Shown here piece after piece: positions 35,931 to 50,156 of a stretch of DNA of 64,000 nt. How positions within the stretch are numbered: position 1 is the stretch's first letter; the number at the start of each line of letters is the position of its first letter. The DNA lies in contig ADNK01002131.1 of NCBI GenBank assembly GCA_000320545.1, positions 58,219 to 122,218 of the forward strand, written 5' to 3'. The position numbers were made by a program, and so were the translations under genes. Origin of the DNA: Bigelowiella natans CCMP2755 (lineage: Eukaryota > Protista > Cercozoa). The notes beneath the pieces are model-generated. The model was not told where the DNA came from, ran no database searches, and saw only the letters and a program-made list of their open reading frames with translations.

Positions 35931-38037
35931 ATGGATCCCTCTGGTGGCCCCCTCCCAATTTCCCGGGGCCCACCAGCCTCGCCTGGGGACTTCTCCTTCG
36001 TAGATTTACACGAGAGAGGTCAAGAAGGAGATCTTCGAATTCATATTCCAAAATCATGTCAGCGGTTGTCGTTCTGGGGTTGCAACCTTGGTGACTCAGG
36101 AGCACAACTACTGTGTCGGATGCTTGCGAAAAACAAGGTAACTGCTTCCGGGTGCCCCCTCTATTGAGGATGATTTTTTTTGTAGACGAACTAGAAAACC
36201 TGCACGTCTGATTCTTCAGAAATTTTATCCGACTTGTTGGACAGTGTGTGGAGAAGAAGAAGAAGAAGAAGAAGAAGAAGAAGAAGAAGAGAGAATCTGA
36301 GCACCAACACATCGATGCATTTTTCATGTTTCAACATTTATTTACTTGGAAGCCCGCAATGTGCTGATATCCAATGCTGCTACTCTTTCCTAATCAGAGA
36401 GCATCATCCTCGATGTCCTCCCTGCAACAAGGAGAATCAAAGGGAGATAGCAGCAGTAGTAGTAGTAGTAGTAGCGGTAATGGATGCAATATTGGAAGTA
36501 ACAGTAGCAGCCGTCGTCGTCTTCCAAGTTCCATGTCGTCATCATCGTCGTCGTTCTCCTTGAATCTTCGGGGCAATGAAATCGGTGATTTAGGCTGCAG
36601 AGACTTGACAAGGACACTAATAGCAGCAGCCGCCGCCGCCTCTGCCTCTTTGAAGGAGGATAGAGGTGAAGATGTACAAATAGAAGACGGGGGTTCGACA
36701 TCATCCCTGAAGCTGATGACGACTAACAATGGAGAGACCAGCAGCAGCAAAAACAGCTCTAGTTATCCTGATAACAACCATCACCTACCTTTAGTCTCTC
36801 TCGACTTGTCGTCCAATCAGATCGGTGACATGGGGGCTGAGACGCTTGCTAAAGCTCTTGAAGAAAACTCTGTGCTCACCAGCCTAAACCTGTGGAAAAA
36901 TAGGATCAGCGACCAAGGGGCTCTAGCGCTGCTTAACGCCTTGAACAAGAACATGAGCCTGAGAAAGCTTGAGCTGGGAAGATGCCTTGTCAGTGATAAG
37001 ATTCTGCAAGCAGTCCAGAGCAAGATCAACTCCAACAGAAATGTCAGTGGGGGTGGCGATGATGAGGATATCGATGATGAAGCAGGACACCCTGACGAAT
37101 CTTTCACGAGTGGGTGCGGATGGGGCGACGAGGGGGAGGGTCCTGACCTGTCACAGTTTCCAGCCGACTCTCCTGCTCACCGTGCTGCGGCCAGCGGAGA
37201 AGCGAAGCAACTGGCAGATTTAATCAAGAATGGCGGGAAATTACTTGATGATAGCAGCATCAACAAGCTGATAGGGGACCACTCCTGTCTTCACCTCGCG
37301 TGCCTGAACGGGCACAGCCTGGCCGTCGAGATGCTCCTGGACGCCAAGGCGGAAGTGGACGTTGTGAATTCCTTGGGAAAGACCCCATTGCACCTGGCAG
37401 CGAGGGAAGAGAACTCAAATGCCGCCGTCGTCCAATTGCTCATTGAAAGGAAAGCTAATGTGCTCCGCGAGGACAAATTTCGTCGTTCTCCGGTTGACGT
37501 CGCCACGGTGCCGGCGACAAGAAAGCTACTCGCTAATGTCGTGGCCGAGGCTAAGAATGTGCAGTCTGCCTTCATAACCGCGTGTGTGATGGGGGACTTG
37601 ACGAATGTCTCTAAGATGCTAGGAAAGAACGTATGGATAGATTCCAGAGGGAAAAACGGCAAGACCGGCTTGATGATCGCCGCTCAGAAAGGACAACTCA
37701 AAGTCGTACAATTGCTCCTTCAGGAAAAGGCAGATCCTGATGCGGTAGTAAGTAGTATGCAATAGTGCAGAAGCGGGATCATCCATTCGTTAGATCAGGG
37801 GGGGGTTGGAGGTGGGTGAAGTTGGAATATAAATGGTCTCCAGTAGATGCACTTATCAAACAGTAGGAGCGTGAAAACACACACACACACATACACACAC
37901 ACGTATTGATAGTATCAGACACGTAGACACATAAGCTTACTCTATGCTGGTGTTTCAGGTCGAAATCGATGGCTGGGGTGCACTACATTTTGCGTGTCGT
38001 GAGGGGAAGATTGAGGTCGATTTACGTCATTCAAAGA

Positions 38038-38089
<52 letters not shown>

Positions 38090-38583
38090 TGAAGATGGGG
38101 AGATGGAGAGGTCCATAACGCCGCTCATGGTGTATAGCCGGAGCTCATAAAACCCTTTGCCGCTCAGGTCGTTCGATTGCTCTTGGAGGCGAAAGCGGAC
38201 GCAGAGCGGCTAGACCGCGAGAGGTTCTCCCCACTTCACGCCGCCACAGAGGTAGGCTGTGTTGACATCGTATCCGCTCTCATCGGGCACGGCGTATGCG
38301 TCAACACACCGGAGTCGGAGGGGAAGACTGCTCTGCACATTGCCTCGGATAATGGAGGCGAGGGGGGGCCTGCTATAGTCCATGCGCTCGTCGAAGCAAA
38401 AGCCGACACAAGGGCTACAGACAGCCAGGGCAAGACTCCCCTGCACTGGGCTGCGCCGTTCTCGCACGCAACGACTATCGAGGAGCTCCTAGAAGCGGGG
38501 GCGGACCCTGAGGCGAAGGATGCCAAGAGGTTTTTGTGTTTACTATTACTGGGGTTTTCTCTATGCGGATGGTGTGGTGTGCC

Positions 38584-38676
<93 letters not shown>

Positions 38677-39924
38677 AAGAGAGAATATCTAATTTAGTAA
38701 GCCCCCCCCCCCATCTCAGATGGACCCCATTGCACTGTGCTGTGGCCGAGGGCAACTTGGAAGCTTCAGAGATCCTTCTCGACGCTAAAGCTAATCCATG
38801 CGCTCCAGACAGCGAGGGCCGTGTGCCTTTACATCTCGCAGTCAAGGGAGGCTACGAGGAGCTGGCGATGATCCTTCTCGAAATTGGCTCCTCCGCGTCG
38901 ACGACCCCCATGATTACGCTGGCAGATTCGGAGCAGGCGACAGCCCTCCATTATGCATGTTTGGGGGGGCACGATGAGCTCGCACAACAGCTCCTGGACG
39001 CAGACGCGGACCCCCTCTCCACCGATAATCGAGGCCGCACAGCCCTCCACGCCGCGGCACTCGGCGGGAACGAGTTCTGCGTCGAGATTGTGTTGCAGGG
39101 GGCGGGGGAGGCTGCAGCGACTGTGCGCGACAAGGACGGAAAGACCCCCTACCAGATCGCGATCGAGAGCGAAAACGACGAGATGGGCGCTATCTTTGAA
39201 GAATTCGATGCCACCGGAACCGACGACGGGGAGGGGGGGGTGCAGAGCGGACCGAGCAGCGACTCCGGAGCAGATGGTTTGTCAAAGAGGCGATTGACAG
39301 CACCCCCAACATATACTCCCATCGCAGCAGCAACCACTACTACTACTGCTACAGGGGGGGGATCTATTCATCATCCTGCTGCTACAACGATGACGACAAC
39401 GACGAGGAGGCGGGTGAGCAGTGCCGTTGTTCCGGAGGGCAGCCTACCAGAGGAAAAGAGATCACCGACGGAGAAAGAGGAGGAGGAGGAGGAGAAGGAG
39501 GATGCAGGGGACGCCGTTACCCCCGGATGTGACGTTCTTTCACCTCCCATCGGTATACTAGAAGGAGGAGGAGAAGCTGCAGGAGCACTCCCTCCTAATT
39601 GTAGCAGTAGCGACGACGTTGACGTGAGAAATGACGCTGGTGCTGGTGCTGGTGCTTCATCTTTACATACAAACGATGCCAGAGTCGAAGCGACCTCACA
39701 ACCACCATCTCCATCGACGGCACCGCTCTCTCAGCAGCAGCAGCACAAAGTAGTAATGGAAGGAACGCTTGGCGCAAGGAAAACCAAGACTATGGCGATG
39801 ATGGCGACGACGGCGACGGTGGCGGCGACGCAGGAACAGCGTATACAACATCCGCAGCCTCAAGGTAAAAAGGGGGAGGAGGGCCATTATTAAAAAAAAA
39901 AAAGTAACTAGATAGTTCCATCGA

Positions 39925-39970
<46 letters not shown>

Positions 39971-42047
39971 GGCTTTTAAAATGTGTAGCGAGGCTATAGT
40001 AGTGCTTTTTTCCGCATGCTGCCAATGCGTCAAAAGTCCTGATCTTACGCCTTCCTCGCATTGGTTTTTATTACACTTGTGGTCGCAGAGCGAAGTGGGT
40101 CAGCAGCTTTGTCCCCATCAGCATCATCATCATCATCGCCATCACTACGGAACGACTGCACCTTGGACACAAAAGCAACGGTAGAATGCGGTGGTCAACA
40201 CACACACACACACGCACACACAAACACAAACAAAGGATGCATACGGGAGAGGGAGAGGGAGAGAGAGAGATAGTGAAGAGCAAGTTGGATGGTTTCTTTT
40301 CCTCATACTTCACGCCTATATCGATTGCTCATTCTCATTGTCCTGATCTCTTTAGGCGTCTCGCGGTGAAATTGGGGATTCTACAGGTGCCTCCTCACGG
40401 CGCATTTCATCATCATCGTCGTCGTCGTCATCACCATCCTCAAAGAGGCCCTCAATCCAAGCCCCTTCCACGATCGTACTCGAGGTGACGTCCGGCGTCG
40501 GAGAGCTGTCATTTGCGGTTCTTGGAGCCTCCCCTCCGGTATCACCATCGCCGCCGATATCGTCAGGAAAGAAGGCCTGTCCAACACTGATTTTGGAGGA
40601 AGGAGAGGCAGAGGGGAAAGATGAAGGAATGCAAGGAGGAGGAGGAGGAGGAGAGGTGGATCAAGTGAACCAAGCTGTGGGTACAGGACAAGTAGTAGAA
40701 GACAAACAGAATGGTGGCCTCCTATCTGCAATAGCAAAAGCCACCGTTTCTACCACCACCACCACCACCAAAGGAAATGGGAGGGCAAGAGACAGTATGG
40801 ATAGTATCAACACGACGACGACGGAAGAGGAGGGGGAGGAGGAAATGGAAGAGCAAAACACAGCTTCTGTGCTTACAGTGACGGGGGGTGTGAGAGGAGG
40901 AGGAGGAGGAGGAGGAGGAGGAGGAGGAGGAGGGGGGAGAAGAAGAGCAGCAACAACTGTAGCGGGCGACAGTGCTGCTGCCCTCAGAAACGACGTCAAG
41001 AGTGCGACGAAGAACACGATGATGACAAACCAAAAGCTTGGAAGCCGAGTGAAAAAACATTCTGGCGGGCACATTGTATCATCATCGCCGTTTTTGCGGA
41101 GTCAAATGGCGGCAAGAAGGGCATCTGCGCCGGCAACGATGAAGGCCATGCTCAGAGGCAGCAGCAGCGGTAAATTCCCGCGCAGCAGCCGTTTCCCGTC
41201 AAAACCGTTTGCAACTCCGGTGGCGGATTCCTCGATCTCGCCCGGTCTTACAGTGAGGCAAAAGCGGTCATGCACGTTCGCAAGGAAGTCTTCAAGGCGT
41301 GGATTTCTCAAAGATAAGGCTGCCGGCACTGACTCCTCCCAGCAGCAGCAGCAGCAGCAGAGATCCCACAGCTCCAACCGGGTCTTTGGCGGGAAGAAGC
41401 GGAGCAAGATGATGCAGCTTCTCGACACCCGCGACCCGGAGATCAAGCGTGTGTGGGCACAAATCAATGATCCGAACGACGGCACCAACTGGATGGTGAT
41501 GACGACGAGCAACGAGGCCCTTAAGCTCATCGACTCTGGCGCCGGAGGGCTGCGTGAGTTTGTGCGGTCGCTCTCCCCGGATATGGTGATGTGGGGCATC
41601 GTCAAGGTGAAGAGCACGACGCTCAACTCCAAGCAGAGCATTAGGAGCATGGTGTTCTTCACCCACGTCGGGGAGAAGGTCAGTGCCTTCAGGCGCGCTA
41701 AGGCGGCCGTCCGCACACCCAGCGTGATGAAGGCATTCAACAACATCGCCGTACACCTGCAGGACAAGGACGCGTTTGGGATCCAGAATCTGAGCCGGGA
41801 GCTTTTGCGGAGCTCGAGCGTGCAGGCGGACGAGTTTCACTTCGGCCCTGAGCAGTCAGTGCGAGTGTCAGATCTCGGAGGAGGAGAAGGAGGGGATAGG
41901 ATCAGCACCGCTAGCGAACCTGCGGGGAGGGCATTCCAGACGACGACAACGGCAACAACAACAACAACAACAACGTGGACGAGTGGGGAGAACAAGAAAC
42001 AACACGAATCTGGCGATCGTAAATCGAAGATAACCGTAAGGAGGTAG
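35931..42047 (+). CDS. RNI-type LRR + ankyrin repeats + C-terminal coactosin-like ADF-H domain (multi-exon)
   Basis: LRRs (LDLSSNQIGDMGAETLAKALEENSVLTSLNLW), more than 10 ankyrin repeats (GKTPLHLAA, FSPLHAA, WTPLHCA), ADF-H (IKRVWAQINDPNDGTNWMVM...VFFTHVGEKVSAFRRAK). Donor CAAG/gt near 39865 is phase-compatible with the acceptor near 40387. Confidence 0.75.
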
Positions 42048-43039
42048 CACTAGGGATATGGTGAGGGGGGTGAGATGTCATGGGCATCTCAGTAGCTCAA
42101 AAGCTCCTGGGCTGGGGCCCTTCACGAAACAAGGAGCTACAAAACTTATAAGACCAAAGTTGCACTGGAGAATACGTGTAGCAGGCCAGTAGCGTATTTA
42201 AGTAAATGTGCAGCACTTTCTAAAATAAAAAACCTGCATGTGTGTGTATACGTCTTAACATATGGAAAGTGCAAAGCCGTACAAAATGTGCTCGACCTAG
42301 CTGCAGTTTGTGTATGATCTAGTGATAGTCTCTGCATATCGCTTGCAATACATGTAATGCATTCGGTATCATTGTGCGTCTATGTGGCATATTACCATAG
42401 CCAAATAATCCAACAGCTAGTTGTGTGAGTGTGGCTCGTTTCACCGAACATGTTGCTCGATCATGATCGCTGCCGGCGGACTTAGCATTACCTAGATCAC
42501 ATATATTCATTGTTTCCCTAATCTGTTGTGTGGGCGACACGTCTAGACGTACATCTAGATATATGAGACGGATGTAATGAAATGTTTAGATTTTTAGATG
42601 TATACATGTGTGTGTAATATGAGACGGATGTAATGAAATGTTTAGATTTTTAGATGTATACATGTGTGTGTAATGTATACATCGTACATGCAGCAGACAC
42701 AACTTAAAAACAAACAGACACAACAAGCTAGCTTAAGCGCTGTAGCCGCTGCTCTGCATAGCTACGTTGGGATGACCATTGAAAATTTTAAACATCTAAT
42801 TACTACTTCCGTCTCATGCATCGTATATGCACATGCTACACATGCGCTGCGTTATTGCTGGGATATATATACCTAGATGCAAACGTATATATTACATATA
42901 TTATATATGTCATATGTGCTGTGTCTATAGTAGATACGCGTACTGCTACCACGTACGACAGCGATATATACATGCTGCGGCATCATGCCTAGCTAGCTAG
43001 CATACAGGTAAGACTTCTGCACGCCGCCGTATGTACACA

Positions 43040-43080
<41 letters not shown>

Positions 43081-43911
43081 CTTTTAGCTAAGTAGCGCCA
43101 GCCATGCGGTCATGTTATTCGCATGCTCTAGAATGCACGCGTCCATGCGGTGCACGCGCGTCGTGTCAGCGTAGTACGTCACATACCCTCGATCGTCCCC
43201 CCACCCCCCCCTTCGGCCCTTGGAAGAAATATATAAGGCCTGTAATTTCACATCAACTAGAGTTTTAATCAATTCTATAATGTGGTTACTTACTTACATG
43301 CAGAATGAAAGCGATGTTCATCAACCTAAAATTGTCGATTACTGCAAAGAGTTCTTATCATATTGACGCCCGTCGTGCTGCTAAGGGAGGCCTGGATCAT
43401 TCGGTCATCTGTCGTCATACTAGATGCTGCGGCGCTACTGAATGAAACGTAAGCAAGTGCGGTTACCGAGCTGCTGATTATTTTTTGAAGAGACAATAAG
43501 GGCCTCAGATGATCCATTTATTCATTCACGCTCTGTCAATCTAGGCTCTGAGGAGGCAACAATGACACCCGCCGTCGTCGTTTTATCACTGCTTGTAGCG
43601 CTATCACTGCTCACGCCTGCTCTGTTCCATTTCTTTCCTCGTCGCTCGTCTTGCGGCTGCGGCTGCAGCTGCAACGTTCCTGTCGACTCGGGGCAGTAGG
43701 AGAGGGGATACGCATTCTAACGGGCCAGCTGATTGGTTTTGTTCTTCGGTATGCTGCTATTGCTAGTAGAAGCTGTTGTTGCTGCTACTTCTTGGTCCTC
43801 GCTTCAGTCGAGATCTTGCCAAGCCTATCGTAAGGACATTCACATCACGTTGTCGCACGTGTGGATTTGGGATGATGCGTCAGGAGTTTGCCCCCAATTG
43901 TTAACATCATA

Positions 43912-43957
<46 letters not shown>

Positions 43958-44025
43958 CAATGAAGCGGCAGCGCACTCGTATAATTTCATCATTCAGTAG
44001 CGGCATTTCATACGTGCCACACCAC

Positions 44026-44436
44026 TCAATCAACCTCCTTTTCCAGCTTAGACATTGCATTCTGAACGCGCTTTGATATCGTCAGCCACACCCGTAAGTC
44101 CTCCTGGAAGACATGAGAAAGAGGAGATGGAAGAGGGGGGGGGGATAGAAAGCTCAAAAATTGATCCTACTCCCTCCCCCAACATGCTTTCATCGTCATC
44201 ATCAACGTCGTCGTCATCATCAACGTCGTCGTCATCATCATCACCATCATCATTATCGTCGTCATCACCACCAGCAGCACCACCACTACAACCTTTGAGT
44301 CAGATTCCCAGTCCTTTTGGCCAGACGTCATCGTCGTGGTAGTGCCTGCTGCTGCTGAGCATAAATCAGTGATGTCGATTGGCTCCCCAATGTATATATC
44401 TATTTGCCTTCCACCCTAAACAAACAAGCAAATACA

Positions 44437-44473
<37 letters not shown>

Positions 44474-44974
44474 TCACTCAGTGCGTGAAGAAAACGTGGG
44501 ACTCTTCGTTCGATGCAGGCAGCGAAAAACTGCCGATTGAACTTTAATCACTGGGGGGGGGGGGGTTAACTCATCAGATGATGGCATCACAACGAACGAA
44601 AGATGACTGGAAATAACCGACAAATATCTAAGCGTTTTTTACTCCTCTTCCATCTTCCTTGTCTTTGGGACGATAATAGCACAAAGCTATCATCGCTGGT
44701 GGTTACGCTCGTTTGAAAGTTTCAGCGACCAACGCAGTTTACACCACCACTAATACTTCCACTACTACTTCCACTGCAACTGCTACTACTACTGCCCACC
44801 CGTGGAAAAATGGAGATTGGCTTTGCTGGGAGCCTCGGGTCACCAGGCTCTTCAGGCAGAACATCGTGCATCCCTACCAGCATAATAATGAGTGCGTATC
44901 ATCAACTTTTTTGCGCAACAATACGTGCAGCGTGTATATAAATATATATTTTGAAAACTTTATGTTCTCCCCCC

Positions 44975-45073
<99 letters not shown>

Positions 45074-45206
45074 ATAAACACCTTTATGATAGATGGGAAT
45101 GAGCAGGGGAAGGGTGGAGCACGAGGTCAATAGCTTGCCCATCCCTGGCAGAAATTTACCAAGCCTCGATTGGCCCTTTTCAAACCTGACGACACAAACA
45201 CACACA

Positions 45207-45245
<39 letters not shown>

Positions 45246-45726
45246 GCACTCACACATACAGAAATATATTAAATTGAGATAAAAACATATTTGTCGTAAA
45301 AGAAATGGGGCTGCTGCTGCTACTAGAGAAACAGCACCTCCACGGTTGCGTGATCTTGCCTTCTGGATATACATGACACCATTCCCCCGCGTTCAGCCTA
45401 TCGAAGAAATCTCGCAGGTACCTATATTCACATATTGGGGGGGGGGGGGATGCATACTGTTTGTCAAACGACGATGCTCCTTTCACTGCATGGTTTCCTG
45501 AATAATGAAAATCTCTCACAGGCAAATCATCCTACTTTTGTTTCATTCCCTTGGGTGATGCGCGGGTTATCGGCATGGCTTTCCCAGACTTCAACCTGAG
45601 ACGAACGAAGCAGCAAAGCGCAGTAGCAGTAGCAGTAGCAGTAGCAGTAGTAGTAGTAGTAGTAGCAGCAGTGTTAAACCGGAAAGAGAAATCGTTCGTG
45701 TGAAGTGGAGAGGATCGAGTAGTTGC

Positions 45727-45805
<79 letters not shown>

Positions 45806-46759
45806 AGAAGGCGATTAATGGATGAACACGGAAGAAAGAGTCTGTGCAGAGGGTCCAGGGAGGCCAATGAGGCATATCGAGATCACGATGCCATGGGTAC
45901 ATCTAACAGCAGTAGGCACCACCACCACCACCACCACCACCACCACCACCACGCTGTGTTTACAATCGGAAACAACAACAGCTTTCATGAGAAGGGGCAA
46001 CCAGGGTGGGTTACCGAAGCAACGATGGCCGGGTCAAGCATCGACGCATGATTGCTGACGGTGAACAAGCCTGTGCCATTCTCCCTACCCTCGACAGCGC
46101 GTATTAACCTCTCGCCGTTGTGAATCTTCCAAATAACAAATGGAATAGAGCGAGTCAGCAAAGTGCATTATTTAAGGGAACCATCTCAGATATGTGATTT
46201 AAAGATACAGAATTTTTTGATATATAGTGTACATGCATACGTCGGTATAGAAATTGCGCGGGGTGGTCGATTATTATCGACACAATCAGCAGTGGGTTCA
46301 GGGTACTCGGCTATTATTATCGACAAAATCAGCAGTGAATTTACGGTGGATTGTGAGAGCGAGATAAGGATGGGACACCACCTTAACATTATTGTAAACT
46401 CCGAGCAGCGCCTTGAATGTACAAGCCGTCAACATTAGCAAAGCCTTGGCTATCGGATTTCGACGATGGAGGGGCTTTTCTAATTTAGGATTGATACAAT
46501 GTACTCCCTCCCCCTGATCGTCCTGTGATGTTCTTGTCTGCGTTGTCCTCCATCGAATAACTCGTGATGAAGGGAAGGATTGCCGACGATAGTCTACAAG
46601 TGGAACAGGTACTCGACCAGCTCTTCGGATTCTAGGAGGAGAGCTACAGGCACTCTGTGATATAGCTGCTGGAGATAATCGTAACCCTTTATTGTCAGTG
46701 GTGAGGAGAAGAAGGGAGAGGAGGAGGAATAGGGGCCAGAGTGGGGGTCCCGACTCCAT
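44026..46759 (-). CDS. Tafazzin-like phospholipid acyltransferase (multi-exon) with N-terminal signal + transit-like extension
   Basis: FTVSNHASMLDP (HxxxxD), WTLCTDSFF, LNAGEWCHVYPEGKI, FLPGMGKLL...PIYHKGMHDVLP, YIGEPID, final exon VQNAMSKLEKEVD then TGA at 44026. Confidence 0.85.
44978..45070. repeat. (TA)n microsatellite in an intron; representative of many intronic (TA)n, (GA)n, (CA)n, (CAT)n, (GAA)n, (GAG)n tracts
   Basis: Perfect TA run of about 90 nt; others near 5027, 22550, 25800, 45730, 54450, 61638. Confidence 0.95.
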
Positions 46760-47613
46760 CCTTACCAACAGGAATCTGTCAACGTACCGATAAAACAGCG
46801 AAAGCACATTGATATTAAATATGCGACATCCGATTATAATTGTCGTTCGTAACATTATTTCTCAAAACCCAAAGAGAAATTGGCGCGTCCTTGATAATTT
46901 ACCTGCGTCAACGAAAAAGTGTAGTCGTCATCAATGAACTTTATTACTTGCTTTCAGTTGAAGTAGCTGTGAGATTGTCAACCAAAATCCCCTGCAAACC
47001 CTCTTAAATAGTGTATGGTTAGCATTCCCATGATTTCAGGACGATTTAGCGCATTTTACACGAAATGATCCTGCGTTTCATTGAAAATAGATTGCGCATT
47101 TGGTGGCAACAGTCTCGAATACAAAGAGTTGAAATAGAGAGTCTTTGTTGTTTGTATATTACGACATGACTGAGGGCTTATTTTTTTAAAAAATATAATG
47201 CATTTGAGAATTTTAGCTTTACATCACTAACACTTACTAATTCTGAAATTTCCTCGTTAGGAAGGCAGGTGCGCTGGCCCCATCCTTACCTATCATCTGA
47301 TTCCTACTTAAACGTGTGGGGAAGTTATATTTGGGGACATTTTTTTAAAATAACACACTTTCAAATGAAAATTGTAATTTGAGGGATGGTGTAGAATTAT
47401 TCACCAAAACTTTGTTTTGCAATGGAACCGTTCCCTCTCGATTGCCTGGCCAGGCATACATTGTGTTGATTTCCTTGCACATGTACTCAGAATTTACCAT
47501 AGCGCATATTGTAGGGTTCTATACGTTCTACATTTACCCCTATTTTCGCGTGTGATAGAAATCTAAAATATTTACTTTTTTCTCGATAAAACTTGTCATA
47601 GGAGTGAGGAAAG

Positions 47614-48934
47614 ATGCAGAGTCCAGGAACTACAGCCGATGCTTTGGCTGAACTTGGAATTTTCGTAAGCAAAGTGAAGAAGGAAAAAAAGGAAAAAAAG
47701 ATTGAAACAAAAGAGGAACTTTATAGTAAGATGAAAACATTGGAGAGGAAGATAGAGTTCCTTGACATCCAGGAGGAATACATTAAGGATGAGCAGAAAA
47801 ATTTGAAACGCGAACTTATCCGTGCGAAGGAAGAGGTGAAAAGAATACAGTCCGTCCCTCTTGTAATCGGTCAATTCTTGGAGATGATCGATCAGGATAC
47901 GGGAATTGTATCTTCCACCACTGGCCATACCTACTATGTACGAATTCTCAGCACCCTGAATCGTGAGCTTCTAAAGCCGAACTCCTCCATAGCGCTACAC
48001 AAATACTCCAACTCTGTGGTGGACATTCTACCTCCAGAGGCAGATTCAAGCATTTCGATGATGCAGATGCAAAAAAAACCAGACATTAAGTACTCAGATA
48101 TTGGTGGTCTGGACATCCAAAAACAAGAAATCAAAGAGGCGGTTGAATTGCCGCTCACGCACTTCGAATTGTATAGACAAATTGGAATTGACCCACCTCG
48201 AGGTGTTTTGATGTATGGCCCCCCGGGAACAGGCAAAACCATGATGGCCAAAGCAGTCGCAAATCATACGACTGCAGCATTTATTCGCGTTGTTGGATCT
48301 GAGTTTGTCCAGAAATATCTTGGCGAGGGGCCTCGCATGGTTCGAGACATGTTCAGACTTGCAAAAGAAAATGCTCCTGCGATCGTATTCATCGACGAGA
48401 TTGACGCAATTGCGACAAAGCGTTTTGATGCACAAACTGGAGCAGATCGAGAAGTCCAGCGCATCCTTCTAGAGCTGCTGAACCAAATGGACGGTTTTGA
48501 CCAATCTGTCAATGTCAAGGTAATCATGGCTACCAATAGGGCAGACACATTAGATCCTGCTCTCCTTCGACCCGGGCGCCTGGATAGAAAAATTGAATTC
48601 CCGCACCCAGACAGGAGGCAGAAACGGCTAATTTTCCAAGTGTGTACTGCAAAGATGAATCTCAGTGATGATATTGATCTTGAGGACTATGTTCAACGTC
48701 CCGAGAAACTCAGTGCTGCTGATGTTGCTGCTATTTGTCAAGAGGCGGGGTTGCATGCCGTGCGGAATAATAGATATGTTATTCTCAATAAAGATTTGGA
48801 GAAAGCTTACAAATCAAACGCCAAGGTATTATCTCGCAAAATATTTAATTCTTTTTCCTAATTCGATCGTCGACTGATGTTAATTTTTTGTTCTTTTTCA
48901 GAAAGCGGAGCAAGAATTCGAATTCTACACATAG
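47614..48934 (+). CDS. RPT3: 26S proteasome AAA-ATPase subunit Rpt3 / regulatory subunit 6B (exons 47614-48825, 48902-48934)
   Basis: [56 protein letters not shown]. One 76-nt GT-AG intron gives the conserved ending [10 protein letters not shown]-stop. Confidence 0.97.
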
Positions 48935-50156
48935 AACTGGAACACAATATTGTGTAATTGTGTTACAAAGTATGCAAACACATTTATTGAAATTTATCAA
49001 AAAAATAGAACAAATATCATCACAACAATAAGTTCGGCAAAAAATCGGCATTGATCGAATAAACACAATGGCTAGGTGTATTCCCTGTCTCACCTTCTAC
49101 GCTCGTACTACTATGTTAAGATTGTAAGCGTGATACTACACACACGCGCGCGGTTTGCAAACAATGGTGAAATTATAGTGATCGATACTTGCATGCGGTG
49201 TCGATACTTACATGCGGTGTCATTGGTATCCCAGCTAGCCAGCTAGCCAGTATACCAGGCCACCTGCGCGATTGACATTCGATCATTCGATCCTTGCAGC
49301 TTAGACTATAAATCGGCCGAGATAGAATAGTAGATGGTAGCTGAAGCAGGCTAGCAGGGGACTTATCAAACATGTGCATATATATGCGTTCTAGCTAGCT
49401 AGCTATATAGTAGTACGTAGAGTTGTACGTTTCTGTAATTTCTGTACGTAGCTAGCGTAGTGCATCGCAATCGCCCTCGCACATAGCGCATACTGTCTAG
49501 CTAGCTAGCTGTGCAGCATCAGCTAGTTCAGGTGACACATGCTATACTGTCTCGCATCGTACCACCGTGTGCCACATCACGTGTGTGGCGAATGTGCGGT
49601 GCGTCAGCTATGTAGAGTTGCTGCATGATCATCTTCGCTTCTGCAGGGCATGATGCATCATATACTATGTGGATTTGTTTCCTACAAAAGGTTACAATTC
49701 GATTTGAATTGTGTTTATTAAATTTTCGAAACAAGCTTGTACATCATTAATCTAATATGTACAGCCATTTCGATTCATATAGCATAGCATATAGCTATGC
49801 TGATCTGTCTGTTCAATACTTTCATTATTCTTGCAATATATATACTCTAGTTTTGGGTTATCAGTCTCTTGTAAGTTTGTATTATTTATTATAATGTTAT
49901 GTACGTGAAGTACCGAATTATAGAGTTATGTATAGGAGGCCTGCGAGAGCACCAATTATATTCCTTCGAAGTCGCTCTGCTCAGTTGCAAAAGCAAAAGT
50001 ATCAATATTTTACATGATACATCTCGGATAACTTGACAACTTACTTCAGATATCTCCTTCGAAAAGAGGGAATTGTGTCTAAAGTTTTTCCTGCTTCCTG
50101 AGACAAGTATGATTTTTCTAAAACAACGTCGTTAAACAATATATAAGAAGATCCAT

